64,000 nucleotides of DNA from Geosiphon pyriformis uo1. Lineage: Eukaryota; Fungi; Glomeromycota. Location of the stretch: contig JAAOMT010000439.1 of assembly GCA_016748015.1 (NCBI GenBank), positions 838,719-902,718 on the forward strand, given 5' to 3'. The position numbers and the translations under genes were made by a program. Below are positions 39,901-53,901 of this stretch, piece after piece (position 1 is the stretch's first letter; the number at the start of each line of letters is the position of its first letter). Under the pieces are notes generated by a model, which was given only the letters and a program-made list of their open reading frames with translations, was not told the DNA's origin and did no database searches.

Positions 39901-40564
39901 ACAAATTATGTATATATAATAAAAATGTTAAAACAAAAAAGTATTTATTTGACTTAAATAGAACAGTAACTAATAATAACTACTTATTTCTACTTTTCTT
40001 TTTAAAAAATAGTTTTTTATAATTTGAAGTAAAATCACTTAAATATTAATAAAATTATCTATTATCACCTAATTTATATTATCACTTGATTAAGAATATT
40101 AATTATTTCTATACTATTAACACTTTATGTTAATAAAATCCAATACTTAATTATACTGAATTAATAGTTTTTAATTATAGCTATTAACAAATTACTAATT
40201 TCTTATTTTCTTTGATTTTTTTTTGTTTTTTTTTGTTTTATTTCTTTGTTGTTTACTAATTAATTAAAAAAATTAAGTACTAAGTATTTAATATCAAAGA
40301 TAGTCTAATAAAAAATCTGAAAACAAAAGTAGAAATTTAAGAATAGCTTACCAAAAAGACAAGACTGTTAAAATAAATTGGCTATCATGCTAAAAAAAAA
40401 ATTTACAGAAACAACTATTAATTGAATCTCTGTTTATTATACAAAGAACTTAAACAAAATCTTTAAACTTCAAAATTTTCAAAAATTACAGACATTCTTA
40501 ATTATTAAACACCAAGTTACAGATTTGTTATTTGTTTTAACACCCTAAATAATTACTTGTAACA
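36986..40564 (+). mobile_element. Gypsy 3' fragment: integrase relic (~36990-38180), extra ORF relic (38193-39028), PPT, composite 3' LTR (~39045-40564)
   Basis: HHCC-region relic TAEHF..YYW..IQNCNAY; LLSDQ; QTNGLIERLN; ...DLDRAQY*. 39900-40564 is homologous to 36280-36985 and ends tgtaaca. Confidence 0.78.
39577..39671 (+). repeat. 12-bp tandem repeat (ggtcaataatca) x~8
   Basis: Direct reading. Confidence 0.85.
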
Positions 40565-43500
40565 CCAGTTTAAAAATAAATTCAAAATTCCAATTTTAAT
40601 ATTTAAATAACACATAAAATTAGAAAAAAAACTCAAGATCCAAGAAAAATAGTAACTGAATATACTAAAGTAATAAAAAAGTTAATTAAATAGATAAATT
40701 CTAAAAGAAACTGAACAAAAAAGCAAAAAATTTATTTCTTTATAAAAAGATTGAAAACTAATCTATTATATGTTTTTTGATTTTTTTTGATTTTAAAAAA
40801 TAATTCCACAATAGATATAGCTATTGAACTTGCACAAAAAATTAAAAACAATCAAAGAATATATTTGAAATTCACTCTTTTAGTTTTTGCTTTTGCTTCT
40901 ATTCTGGCTCTTGCTTCTTAAATAGTTGCTATTTTTTTTGCTATCTAAACCCAAAATTTCAATAATTAATTAATAGATATACTTAAAACTAATCTTGTCT
41001 GATTATTAGAGTTCTTAGTTTAAGTAATTAAAAAAACTTAACAATCTTAAAAACTTAGATTTAAATCTTGTTTTAATCAGTCTTAACAGTCTTCTTATCA
41101 AAGACAACAAAATTGTAATCTATTTGTATGCTACTATTGTGAATTAATTAAACACTTTTTAAGAAATTGCAACAATTTTTTATTACTTTTTTTAATTTCT
41201 AAAAACAATAACAACTAAAATAACGAACTTATTAATAATAATACTTTTAATTAAAAATTTAATCATGCCAATATTAATTTCTTTTAGAAAAAATCTCTTA
41301 ATTAAAACTACTGTTTATTAGCCTTTAAATTAATAAACACATCTTTAAAGAATAAAAATGCAAACCAATTAGAAGAAAACTTTTTTTATGCTTTTAATTT
41401 AATTAATAATAATCATAACATAACATAAACTAATTATTAATTTCTCTAACTTAACAAAAAAAACCTAAAATTAATTTGCTCTAGATTCTAATAAAGCTTC
41501 TACATTAATTGTTAATAACAATAAGCCACTAAAAACTAAAGTTTTTAAAATCTTTCAAAATTAAAACTCTCAGAAATTATACAAAAATCTGGACTCTATT
41601 TTGTTGTTAAAAATTTTATAGAAACTCCAACTCATATTATCTTTGGCCAATTAAATACTTATTCAGAATTCAAAAAAATTTTTGCAAATCCTTAATCTAA
41701 AAAAAAAGATACTAAAAATTAATAAACATTCTTAACAAATTAAACTTACTAACAATAGCAATGTTTCTTTTTTAATTTACAAAGTTTAAGTAATTAGTTA
41801 CTTTATTGATCTGATTCTAAACAGTAAATTATCTGTTAATGTTATTGCCAAATATTTCTTAAAGCTATTATTAGAAAAATTGATAAATCTTCAATTTATT
41901 CTATAATCAATATACATAAAAAAAAAAGTCTGGATATTGCCAAAACTATTTTTATTTACATTAATGACATTAATATTAAAATTGACATAGATGTTTTTGA
42001 AGCTAAAAAATATACTATTATTTTTGGCAATTAGTGATTTATGAAAACCAAAGTTTTGTTTAACTATAAGCTATTGAATAATGTTAAAGCAGACAAAAAA
42101 AATTATTGTAAATAGCAAAATAATTTACTGGCCTTATTATAATATACTCAGAAAAATCTTTGACCAAAAATTTGACAAGAAAACCAAATACAATTATTGG
42201 TAATATAGTTTTTATATCTAATATTAATGCAATAAACCATTGTATTTTTTTAGTAATGAATACAAATCTTGTTTAATTTACTACAAAAATTAGAAACTTA
42301 TTAGCTTAATACCAAGAAAAAAGATAAAAAAAGTACAAAAATCTTTTGAAAATAAACTACTTGAAATATAGTTATTAATAATAAAACAAAAAAAAATTTT
42401 TTTTAAAAAAAAAAAGTAAACATTGAAAATTTGTTGGTTAAAAACAGTTAGTTATTTCAAAAAAAATAATACTCTTAAATATACTTATATAATACAATAT
42501 ATTATTACCATCAAAGAAATTTGTCCTATTTACTTAAAATTTTATTAGTCTAATTACTACAATAATAAATTTATTAAGAAAAAAATAAACCAAATGAAAA
42601 ATTTTGGATTCATATAAAAAACCAAGAGTCAATAGATTTTTCCAATTATAGTAATATCTAAGAAAAATAGAACTCTATGTTTTTGTATTATCTATTGTTA
42701 ATTAAATACTATTACTAAAAGAGATATATACTTACTTCCTAAAATTGATACAATGTTAGATCAATTTAATAATGCTGTTTTTTTTTTTAATTATTAATTT
42801 AACTGTTAAATTTTAACAAGTAAAAATAAATTCAGAAAGCAGAAAAAAAAATATTTTTATTAACAAGTATGATATATATGAATTCACAGTTATGTTTTTT
42901 GGTCTTATTAATACTTCTTTTACTTTTTAACACTTAATAAACAAAGTATTTGAATTAGTCAAAAAAAACTTTGTTTTAGTTTACTTAGACAATATAATAG
43001 TATACTCAAAAATTTGAGATAAATACTTTAAATATTTGCAAAAAGTTTTTGATTTTCTTAGAAATACAGACCTCAAAATCAACTCAATTAAATTTTTTTT
43101 TGAATGTTAATTTACTTAGTTTTTTGATCATTTTATTATAAAAGATAAAATTTTTTTGATTTTGCCAAGATTAAAAAAGTTCAGAACATTAAACAACCAA
43201 TAAACATTTATAGATTACACTCTTTTCTTGATTTGGTCTTTTATTATTGCAAATTTGTTAAAAAATTTTTCAAAATCGTTTTTTCTCTTAATTAACTATT
43301 TAAAAGACTGTTAATTATTACTGAAACACACATTAGCAAAAAGTTTTTAAAACTCTGAAGAAAAAACTAGTTACTAAACCAATTTTTATATAATTTAATC
43401 TGAATTAACTTTTTATTTTTTATATTAATACATTTGGCTTTAGATTTGGTATTGTTTTCTTCTAAAAAGATTAAAATAGCAAAGAATATGTTATAGCTTA

Positions 43501-44170
43501 TGTTAACCAATCACTTTTTCCAGCAGAACAAAACTATTCAGTTATTAAACAAAAATATTTGACAGTAATATAGACTACTAATTATTGGAATAAATATTTT
43601 TTTGGTGCCAAATTCTTGGTAATAATAAATTATTAAGCTTTAGTTTGTCTGTATAAGAAAAAAAAGCTAAAACACAAACAAATGACTTGCTAAATATTTT
43701 ACTTGGATAAATTTAATTATAATATACAAACATTACAAAAGAACTTATCATTAAAATACTAATGTTTTCTCTAAATTTACCATCCAATAATAATACAACT
43801 TTTTCAAATCAAACCAATCTAATTATTAGTAACTTTTTCTTAAAACAAACATAATAATAGACTTGAACAACTATTTTGTCTTAATAGAATTTTTGGTAAA
43901 AGAACAATACTCACCAAACTATATTTAACAGCAAAAAAAACATTTGTAAAAACAATCAAATTTTTATTTGATTTATCAGAACCAACTATACAAAAAAAAC
44001 AAAAAATATCTTAACTGTTTTTAGAGAGTTATTAAATTTAAAGAAAAAAAAATTGTGATTTATAATATACATACTGATCTATTAGTTAAACACTTTAAAA
44101 AGACTAAAACAATTTAAAAAATATTTGCTTGCTATTACTCAAGTAAAAAAAACAAATCCAAAAGATATTA
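40565..44170 (+). mobile_element. Degraded Gypsy internal region of a second family (gag part, CCHC, protease, RT, RNase H, integrase start); no dUTPase
   Basis: CYYCELIKHFLRNC ~41129-41170; DLILNS (D-S-G eroded) ~41808; VLVYLDNIIVYS ~42973; YVIAYVNQSL..AEQNYS ~43490; integrase start ~43857. Confidence 0.82.
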
Positions 44171-44176
44171 AAAAAA

Positions 44177-44735
44177 TGTAATTAGAAAATATAATAATAT
44201 AAAAAAACATAATAATACGAAATAATACATTATAACTTAAAATAATACAAGATAATATAATAACATAAAATAGCACAAAATAACTAACTGTAATATAGAA
44301 TAACTAATTATTGTATAAAAAAACAAAGCAACAACAGAAATAGTAAGCAATAGTGAATAATAACAAGCAATTAAAAAGCAATCTTATAAAACTTAAAATA
44401 TATATAAAAATAAGTAGTTTTAATAATAATAAAAAAACAAACAAAGAAAATAGTCAAATAGGAAATATATTTTTTACTCATATTTACATTATCTCAAATA
44501 AAAAAACATTTAAAACCAAAAATCACTTATTTATAATCTCTAAATCTCATGTTTAAACCAAATTATTCATTTTTTTACTTTTATTTTTAGTCAGATGCTC
44601 TTAACATAAAAATGTTTCAAACAAATAACAACTTGAATTAATTGCTTTTAATCAAAGTAATTAACAATACTAATATTTTTTTTATTTTTATTTTATTTTT
44701 ATTTTCTGTTCTTTTTTTTATTTTTTATTTTATTT
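44177..44735 (+). mobile_element. Partial LTR (family B type) with 10-bp periodic repeats
   Basis: Starts tgtaat after a purine run; ataacata-type decamers 44190-44300 as at 55480-55620; 44630-44700 resembles 55875-55960. Confidence 0.55.
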
Positions 44736-44739
44736 TCTT

Positions 44740-45234
44740 GTGAATTTTGAAAATATTAATTGTAATTATTTCAAAAATTGGTTCTTAAAATTTATTTTAT
44801 TTTTGGATTGTACTAATTAGAATAAATCTAAAATAAAATAATTCTAAAAGAAGATAAGATATATTTTTTCGAAAAAAAAAAGCTTTTCTTTTATATAATT
44901 TGTTATAATACTAATCTATGAATTTAAACTTTTTTTTTGCCATAATTTTGACAAATTAAAAATACTTTTTAATGAACTATAAATTATTTTATCAAACTAT
45001 TAATTATTTTAATACACTATTTATTATTTCAGTAAATTTTGGCAAATTTTTGAATATTGTATAGTTTAGAGTATTATGTAATTTGATTATTCTAATTTTT
45101 AATTAAATAGTAATATTTAATAATTTAATTAAGTAATAAATAATAATTGAAGTAATATTAATATATGCTAATTAATAATAGAATTTATAATAGTAATTTT
45201 ATGCTAATTAATAATTAAAATTCTATTGGTAACA
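44740..45234 (-). mobile_element. Partial LTR of family A
   Basis: 44860-45234 matches 49330-49737 and ends aaattctattggtaaca. Confidence 0.85.
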
Positions 45235-45239
45235 CCAAC

Positions 45240-45535
45240 TTAAACAATAATATGTCTTTTTTATTATTTAAGTATTTAAAATTACCAAGAACAACTCTTT
45301 TTTTCTGAACAAAAAAGCTATCAGCTGGACTATAAAAAACTTTTTTAGACACTTTTTTTAGAAATGCTACTGTTTAAAGTAATTTTAAGTTTACAATAAA
45401 AAGATTATTGAATTAAAAAATATTAATAGTAAATAATCAAAAAAAATAAAAAAAACTTCTTTTTCAAAAATATGTTCTTTAAGAAATTTGGAATATAAGA
45501 GAGAAAAAAGTTTTTTTAAAAATAATTATAATATA
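45240..45535 (-). mobile_element. LINE 5'-end fragment
   Basis: 45450-45535 matches the 5'UTR of the intact LINE at 22040-22125. Confidence 0.6.
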
Positions 45536-45699
45536 TTAATTAAATATTAATTATTAAATATATTATTATTATTCTTTATAAAAAAATTTCTATAAATAAA
45601 ATACTTAAAAAAAATCTTTAAAATTTTTAAAGACTAATATTATATAAAAATTATATTATTTTTTTAAATAAATTATTTATAAAATAAAAATAAATCTTA

Positions 45700-48600
45700 T
45701 TTTTCTAAATAAAAAAAACTTTTTTTTTTGTTAATCCTTTGTCCACAGTGAAAGCAAAAAAATTGTAGAAGTTATAGTATTTTCTCTTCTTCTTTTCTCT
45801 TTCTTTTGTTAGTTATTTCTTTGAATATTTCTATTTTTGTCATAATAAAACCTGCAAACACATCTGCTAGCAGTTCTGGTGCTGGTTTAACTGGTTTGAA
45901 GACCTGTTTGAGTGCAAAAAAGAAGTGAATAAACACTGTTTACTCCTATGGTGCATCCTACAAAAAACCAAAAAAGTCTGTAACTGGTGGTATAATTAAT
46001 TTATCTGCTGGTTTTTTGAGCTTAGAAGATATTGGTGTCACCAGTATCAAATCTGTGGTGTCTTGGGAAAGTAACATTGGCAGCATTATGAGTAATATTA
46101 GTGGTTTTTTCAATGTTAAGAATATAAAAAACACAATTACTAAGGAAACAAATTATAATAATTTGACAAATGACAAAGATATAAATAAGACAACTCAAAA
46201 AAAAACTCATACATATATGTATGTATTGGGCTGTCCACCCAAAGTGCTTTTATATAGTAATATAAAAGATAATAATGAGGTTTTGGAACTTTTTTCTCTT
46301 AAATTTCCTGAGTTCAATCAGTTGTCACTATTTGAGTCACATGTTTTGAAGAGATGTAGTTTTGATTCGACTAAATCATTTGTGCTTAATATTGAGTTTT
46401 CTGTAGTGCCTAGTAAGAATATTAGTGATAGGTTATTTTCTGTTAAAAAAATTTTTATCAAGTAAATGGTTTTGGAGAAGCCTTACTTCCTCAAAATTTC
46501 CTGGAATCATTAAGTCTTTTTTTATATCTGAAGTTAGTTTGAAAAAGACTAAAAAATTGGTCATTGGTAAGAAAATCTTAGTCAATAATGAAGTTAAGCA
46601 GATAAACAAATGCATGGATTGGAAAATTGTTGTAAAAAAAATTTCTGTAGATCTTCCCAAATCAGCAGTAGAGTTTTTTCTAAATTTGGCAAGATTATTT
46701 CAATCAAAATGTAATTGATTGGTCTATGGCAAAAGGCTTTAGTGAAGTTTAAATCATTAGATGTGGCTAGTTCAGTTACTTCTAAATGGTTAGTTTTTAT
46801 GGAAAAGAATTTAGTGTGTATGGCTTTGGCCATTAATGATAAGAAATTATAAGTAACAAGAAATTATTATTAGGCTTTATTGTATACTCTTTCAATTAGA
46901 ACCATAGCTTATGATTTGTCTAATCTATTAGATTCATATGGTAGGAAGACTTGTTTCATTGGCTGCAATCCTAGCTCATATGTGCATAATAGATGTACAG
47001 TAGTATGTTTTGTTGATGAGACATTTAGATTAACTGCTATTAGTTTTACTTTAGTGTTTAAGGGTGTGAATCACTAGACTGGTCTTTTTTTGGCCTGCTG
47101 TGCTCAATGTAAACAATTTAGTCATACTTTTGATGTCTGCTCAATGGGTGGAAATTTTGGTGTTTACAATAGGCATGTGATAACTTCTTAGAATTAGGTT
47201 TGTCTGGCCAATATATATAGAAAGAAACAAGTACCAATTGCCTGTCTGGTTTTTTTTAGTGATAAGACATAGGCCCAGATTGCTAGTGGCTCTCCTTTTT
47301 GTATAACTGTCTTAGTTGCTTCTGGTGTAAATTTTCTTCCAATGGGATTACTCTCACATGACTTCTTTTGTTTAAATAATTATTTGGTGTCCTTAGAGTG
47401 CTCTTTGAAGCTTTTGGCCGACCAAGTTTCTGGTATTTTGAAAAAATTAAGTTTTGTTAAATTGGTGTCTTTGGTGCCCTGCCCCTGTGTTTTTCCTTCA
47501 GTCATATCTGCAGCTGTTATGTTAAATCTGAACTTGAATATGGCTTTAGATAAGATGTTGTTGTCATCTATTTTTTTTCTTTAGTAGTTGAGAATATGGT
47601 TGTTAAGTTCAGTTCAAGTAGTTCTAAAGTTTTAACTGCCAAAATGAGTGGTTTGGAACCCAAAATGGTGGCTTTGAAGGTGTCAATTGGTTCAGTTTTG
47701 AGAAGATTGGAACATTTGTGCACTGGTTTGGGTTTGCCAGCTCTTTTTTTGTTTCTATAAGTGATTTGGTATAGAAGTTTGCTACATACAATGTTCAAAA
47801 TATCAATGTTTCTGCAAAGCAAGTAGACATTGTTCATTGGCATAAGTGTTCTGGGTATATAGTTTTTTTCATTATGGAAACAAAGCTTTGGTCTGGTGTT
47901 AAACTATAGATTGCAAGCAAGTTTGATAAAATGAGAATTTTCACACTTGGTTTGGAAAAAAGTTTTTTTGGTGCTAAGGTAGTAATTATTATAGCCAATT
48001 TCTTGGCACATTATGTGTTTAAGATAAAAGAGGTTCCAGGTCAGGTTATTTCAGTGCAACTCCTTTTTAGAGGCAAACTCTTGGTTACTATTCTGGAATT
48101 ATATGTTAGTGCTTCTTTTGAGATTAGGTTTGGACAAGCTTCTAATGTTAATTTTATTATTGTTAAGACTGTTAACTCTAGTACTTTTGTGGTCTTGAAT
48201 AGAGATTTCAATAAAAATGGGTCTAAAAAAAGCACAAGCTTTAGATTTTGCCTAAGTTTGGATTTGATTAATGCTTTTAATGATCACTCTCTGGTCAAGG
48301 CTTTAACTTAGAACAATTCAAAAGGTGTTAAAAAAATTTTGAATTACATTTTTGTTAATAAGAGTTTGTTTTTTATAGTCATTGGTCATGGTATTGATTC
48401 AGTATTTGCCTTTTTTGACACTGATCACAGGACTGTTTTGGTGTTGGTTAGTCTGAGTGGGCTTTTAAATGTTCATTTGAATAGCTTGTATAAACAAACT
48501 AATAAAGACTGCTGGAAGTTTGATATTAAGAATACAGATTGTACTAAATAGGCTAAATTTAGGAACTGCTTTTCTGCTAAACTTTTAATAGTTGGAAGTG

Positions 48601-51600
48601 GTTTTTCTGATGCTGAAAATTGTGGAGATCTAAATGCCATATAAATGATTTTAGAGAAGATAATAATAGAGTTAGCTGACAAGATTTTTTTAAGATGTTG
48701 GTTTAGTGAGTTTTAATATTCAAGAAATAAATATTCTTCTTGGTTTTTTGGATTGAAATTGCTGGTGTTACCGGAGGTTTTTGGTCTCTTTTCTTAAATG
48801 TTGGTAATGTTGATTTGCTGTGAATTCACGTTTTCAGGAAGTAGTTGAACTTCCAATAACTGAATTTATCTTCAAATTATCTTCTATAATTTGAACTGCT
48901 GGACTTATAAGTGGAATGGCCAATTCCTTGCCAGTTACTTTATGTAGTTACGTTGTAGTAAACGTCAACTCTTTCCTAGGAATTGCTTGTCTGGAAGCTT
49001 ACTAAAATGTATAGTTACTTTGCTGTGAAAGTCAACTCTTCTACAGGAATCTTGTCTGTAGGCTACCCTAATGATTGTAATAAGAAAAGAAAAAAAAAAT
49101 AAAAGAAATGTAAAAAAAATAGAATTTTGTCAAAAGAAACATTTTCTATCCAGGCCTGGAGTCACTAACAGTTTACTGAAATTGGTAGTTAATCAATTTC
49201 GAAATGTTAGTTGGGTTTTTGGGGGTTTTTCCAAGTACAATAATTAAAGAATTTGGTTTTTCGAATTATTTGATATTTATTTCTTTTTGTGTGTATAGGA
49301 ACGGTTTTAAGAGATAAATCTAAAGTAAGATACATTTTCCAGAAGAGAAAAGCTCTTCTTTTATACAACTTGTTGTAGTACTAATTTATGAACTTGCGCT
49401 TTTTCTCTTTGCCCAAATTCCGACAAACTAAAGATACATTTTGATGAACTACAAGTTATTTTGCTGAACTATTGATTAATTTGGGTGAACTATTCATAAT
49501 TTCGGCGAATTTCTGTAAATTTCGGCGAATTTTTGAATGTTACAAAGTTCAGGGTATTGTGTAATTTGATCATCTTACTTTCTGTTATACTAATTAGATT
49601 ATTTTAATTGAATCGTGATATGTGATAATTGATTAAATAATAAATGATAATTTGAAATGATATTAATATACTAATGAATTATAGGAATTATAAAGATAAT
49701 TTCATGCTAATTAATAGCTAAAATTCTACTGGTAACACTGGTTGCCAAGATTGTCAAAAATTTCAACTCTGGTAATATGTTTGAGGTTAGTTATCTCGTG
49801 AAAATATGGTCTACTTTGAATGTTGTCAAAGCTCATGTTTTTACTGACTTGCTTTGCTTGAGTGAAAAATTTAAGGTGGTACTCAAACATTTGTTGTTAG
49901 TTTGCAAAAATTACAGAAAATTCAAAATATATTAATCAAGATTGGCTGAGAAGACTTTTATTAAAAAAGTGATTGAAAAACGCATAGAGAGGTTTTGTTT
50001 TGACAAAAATGGCATGATCAGGAGTGTTTTGGATTGGCCTTTTTGCAAGATAGTCTTAGATTACTTAGTAATAAGTAATGAGCTGGTTCTGGAGTCAGAT
50101 AAAATAAAGCTTAATGTTAATAAGATCATGGAAAGTTGGACAAGAAAGTACACAGTGCCTTCTGTATTGCTTAATCTTTGGGCTTGCCAATATGCACCAT
50201 TGGACTATGTTGAGAATAATGCTTTTTTTGGTATAATGTGCTTTATTAGTATGAGTGAATTGCTCTTGGTTATTGGTGATCTGTCTAATAATAAGACTGC
50301 AAAATTGTTTGGCATTCCTAATAAACTGTGAAAGCATAGTGATAATGTAGTGATTGGATTTCTTTTGAGATTGTTGAATACATGTTTGACTGCTGAAGGT
50401 GTGTCTACTTTGTGGAAAAGAGCATAAATTTCAATAATTCTTAAATCTTATAACTGAGATGGGGTCCTTACAAACACTCAACCCATAGCTTTGATCAAAA
50501 CTGCCAGAAAAATTCTGTCTAAGATTTTGTCTAATTATATTTTATTGGCATGTAGCAATTTTGGTATTCTTCAAAGTGATAACTTTTCAGTATTAAAGTG
50601 CACTTCTATGCAATCTTCTGTGTTTGCTGTCAGGTTGATAATTAAGGATGCTTTTGAGAAAAATAGGGAAATTTGGTTGGTCTTATAAGATATGCAGAAG
50701 ACATATGATTTTGTAGAATGGTACCACCTAAGAACTAGTTTGCAATAAATTAAAATATGTGCCAGATTTATTGATTTTTTTGGTAATATACATGAGAATA
50801 GGATCAACAGAGTAATGACTGATTTTGGTTTGCCAGATGAATATAGAGTACATGATGAATTGGATTAAGATAAAGTCTTTTCACCTCTTTTTTGGAGAAT
50901 CTTTTATGATCCACTTTTGTGTGAGATTAAAAAACATAAGCATTTGTATAAGTACTGAATTGATACTAAGTTTGTTGTAAAAACAGACAAAATTAAAAAT
51001 GTTGATGACTTGACTTCTTATTTTGTAGCTGGTGTATTTGTTGATAATATAATTTAAGTTGATAACTGTCAGGCTTCTACTCAGTATGCTTTGAACATTG
51101 CCAGTAAGTTTTTTAATATCAATGATATTTCTATCAACAATAAAAAAACAATGGCTATTTCAATCAATTAGGATGTTAAAGTTGTCTCTTTGAGTATTAA
51201 TGGTCAGCCAATTTCAATTGCCAAAAAGGATGAAATGCACAGGTATTTGGGGATATTTTTGTTAACTAAAAAACTGTCCAAGTCAAGTTTAGTCAAAGCT
51301 TATTTAGATTTGCAATTTTTTGTTAACATGGTGCTCAGAAAAACTATTATAGACAAACAGTTTTCTTATTTGGTGTCAGCTGTTTTGCAGCCTATTATTA
51401 GCTATAAAATGCAGTTTAGTTTTATTTTATCTAGTGTATGTTGCAAATAAGATGTTATGGTTAGGAAGAGCCTCAAGTCTAAAGCATGCCTGTTTCGTAA
51501 TTTCTCTAATGAGGCTTTGTATCATCTTTCTTTGTATAATTTGAAGTTTTTTGAGCAGAAAGTAAAATGATGGCTGTGATTTCTTTTTCAAATGCTCTTA

Positions 51601-51895
51601 ATATTCTTGAATGTTTGTTTTTTCATTGGTTTTTGGATTTGCAAGTCCTTGGGTGGGCTTCTTTAAATCTCTTGCAATTTCCTGTTAAGTTGTTTGTTAG
51701 CCTAGTAAACAATTTTCTTATTGGGATGATTAGAATTTTCTTAAGTTGTAAGTTGTCTTTGTCAAACAATCTGTCCAGTGCTTTTTGTAGTCCTGGTAAT
51801 TTTTCTATGTTTATGATTTTGAGTAGGTTCTTGTTTCTTAATTCTGTTCATTTTTTAAAGCACTTTGGTGTTGTGTTTGGTAACAGGCTTCTTGT
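45700..51895 (+). mobile_element. Degraded LINE (ORF1 ~45845-47760, ORF2 ~47757-51895, truncated before RNase H), split by a solo LTR
   Basis: ORF fragments homologous to 15484-21923: SFVLNIE, GRKTCFIGCNPSSY, FDTDHRTV, IKTARKILSK, HRYLGIFL. Confidence 0.92.
48766..49737 (-). mobile_element. Solo LTR, family A (972 bp), 4-bp TSD CTGG
   Basis: TGTTACC...GGTAACA termini; ctgg at 48762-65 and 49738-41; removal restores LINE frame GLKLLVAKIVK. Confidence 0.95.
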
Positions 51896-52928
51896 CTCAA
51901 GAAACCTTTAAATCAAAAAGAAATGAAAAAGAATATTTAAAACTGAATTATCACAATCCAAAGTATTAAGAAACTTACTTGTATTATTTATTGAATGAAA
52001 CTATCATTCATCAACTGAATCTCTTGGAAGAATAATCCTTGATCAAGATTATTCACATTGTTACTAATTGATAAAAGCTTTATTGTAAAAATTAGAAAAA
52101 GCGCTAAAGACCATTAACATTCTGTGTTTCTAGATTAGAGAAACACATTAGGCAATTGCAAGGATAACCTCAGAGAAGATCCCAGACAGTGGGTAGATTT
52201 CAGTTCAGCCTTTGAGAAGGAGTACATAAACACACACAACAATCAGGAATTGAAGAATAACTTATATTGCAACATTAAAAAAAAAGCCTTCAGTATAACA
52301 GTGATATTATCACACAAATAGAATTGAGGAACTCACGAAAGACTGATTGCAATTAAAACGGGATATCAGCAATTAAATATAACAAGAAAACTATCCCATA
52401 ACAACATACACTCTGATTCAACAGCAGGACATTTTCACAAAGAAGCAACCATAGAAAAAACCAAAAATAGATACTATTAACCATCCATATATCTAGACAT
52501 TATCTAATATGTTCTAAATTGTGATGCTTATCAGAGAAGAGAAAGAACAAGATCCAGCAAGCCATTAAGACCAATTAAAGTAAAACAACTATTTAAGTAT
52601 ATTGGAATTGACTTGGTCAGACCATTAACAATAACTAGCAAAGAGAACAGATATATTGCAGTAGTCATGGATTATCTCACTAAATGGCCAGAAGCAAAAG
52701 CAATTTAAAGAGCAGATGTAGAATTCATTGCCAAATTCATTTATTAAGATCTGATTTGTCAATATTGATGTTCAAAAAAATTATTATCTGACCAAGGAAC
52801 TCACTTTGTAAATAGAACATTAACAAAACTAAGTCAAAGATTCAAAATAAAGAGACCATTATCATTACCATATTACCCACAAACCAATAGATTAGTCAAA
52901 AGATTCAATAGAATATTGTGTAAAGCAA

Positions 52929-53901
52929 TATTACCAGTAAAATTTTAGCTATTAATTAGCATGAAATTACCCTTATAATTCCTATAATTTATTAGTATAT
53001 TAATATCATTTCAAATTATCATTTATTATTTAATCAATTATTACATATCACGATTCAATTAAAATAATCTAATTAGTATAACAGAAAGTAAGATGATCAA
53101 ATTACACAATACCCTGAACTTTGTAACATTCAAAAATTCGCCGAAATTTACAGAAATTCGCCAAAATTATAAATAGTTCACCCAAATTAATCAATAGTTC
53201 AGCGAAATAACTTGTAGTTCATCAAAATGTATCTTTAGTTTGCTGGAATTTGGGCAAAGAGAAAAAAATGCAAGTTCATAAACTAGTACTACAACAAGTT
53301 GTATAAAAGAAGAGCTTTTCTCTTCTGAAAAATGTATCTTATTTTAGATTTATCTCTTAAAACCGTTCTTATACACACAAAAAGAAATAAATATCAAATA
53401 ATTCAAAAAAACCAAATTCTTTAATTATTGTACTTGGAAAATCTCCAAAACCCAACTAACATTTCGAAATTGATTAGTTACCAATTTCAGTAAACTGTTA
53501 GTGACCCCAGGCCTGGATAGAAAACGTTTTTCTTGATAAAATTCTATTTCTTTTATATTTTTTTTATTTTTTTCTTTCTTTTCTTATTACAATCATTAGG
53601 GTAGCCTACAGATAAGATTTCTGTAGAAGAGTTGACTTTCACAGCAAAGTAACTACACATTTTAGTGAGCTTCCAGATGAGCAATTCCTGGAAAAGAGTT
53701 GACATTTACTACAACATAACTACATAAAGTAACTGGCAAGGAATTGGCTATTCTACTTATAAGTCCAGCAGTTCAAATTATAGGAGATAATTTGAAGATA
53801 AATTCGGTTATTGGAGGTTCAACTACTTCCTGAAAACGTGAATTCACAGCAAATCAACATTACCAACATTTAAAAAAAGAGACCAAAAACCTCCGGTAAC
53901 A
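52929..53901 (+). mobile_element. Solo LTR, family A (973 bp), inside integrase
   Basis: Near-identical to the reverse complement of 48766-49737; flanks gcaa/gtga derive from TSD GCGA; removal restores RILCKAIAKISQ. Confidence 0.95.
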
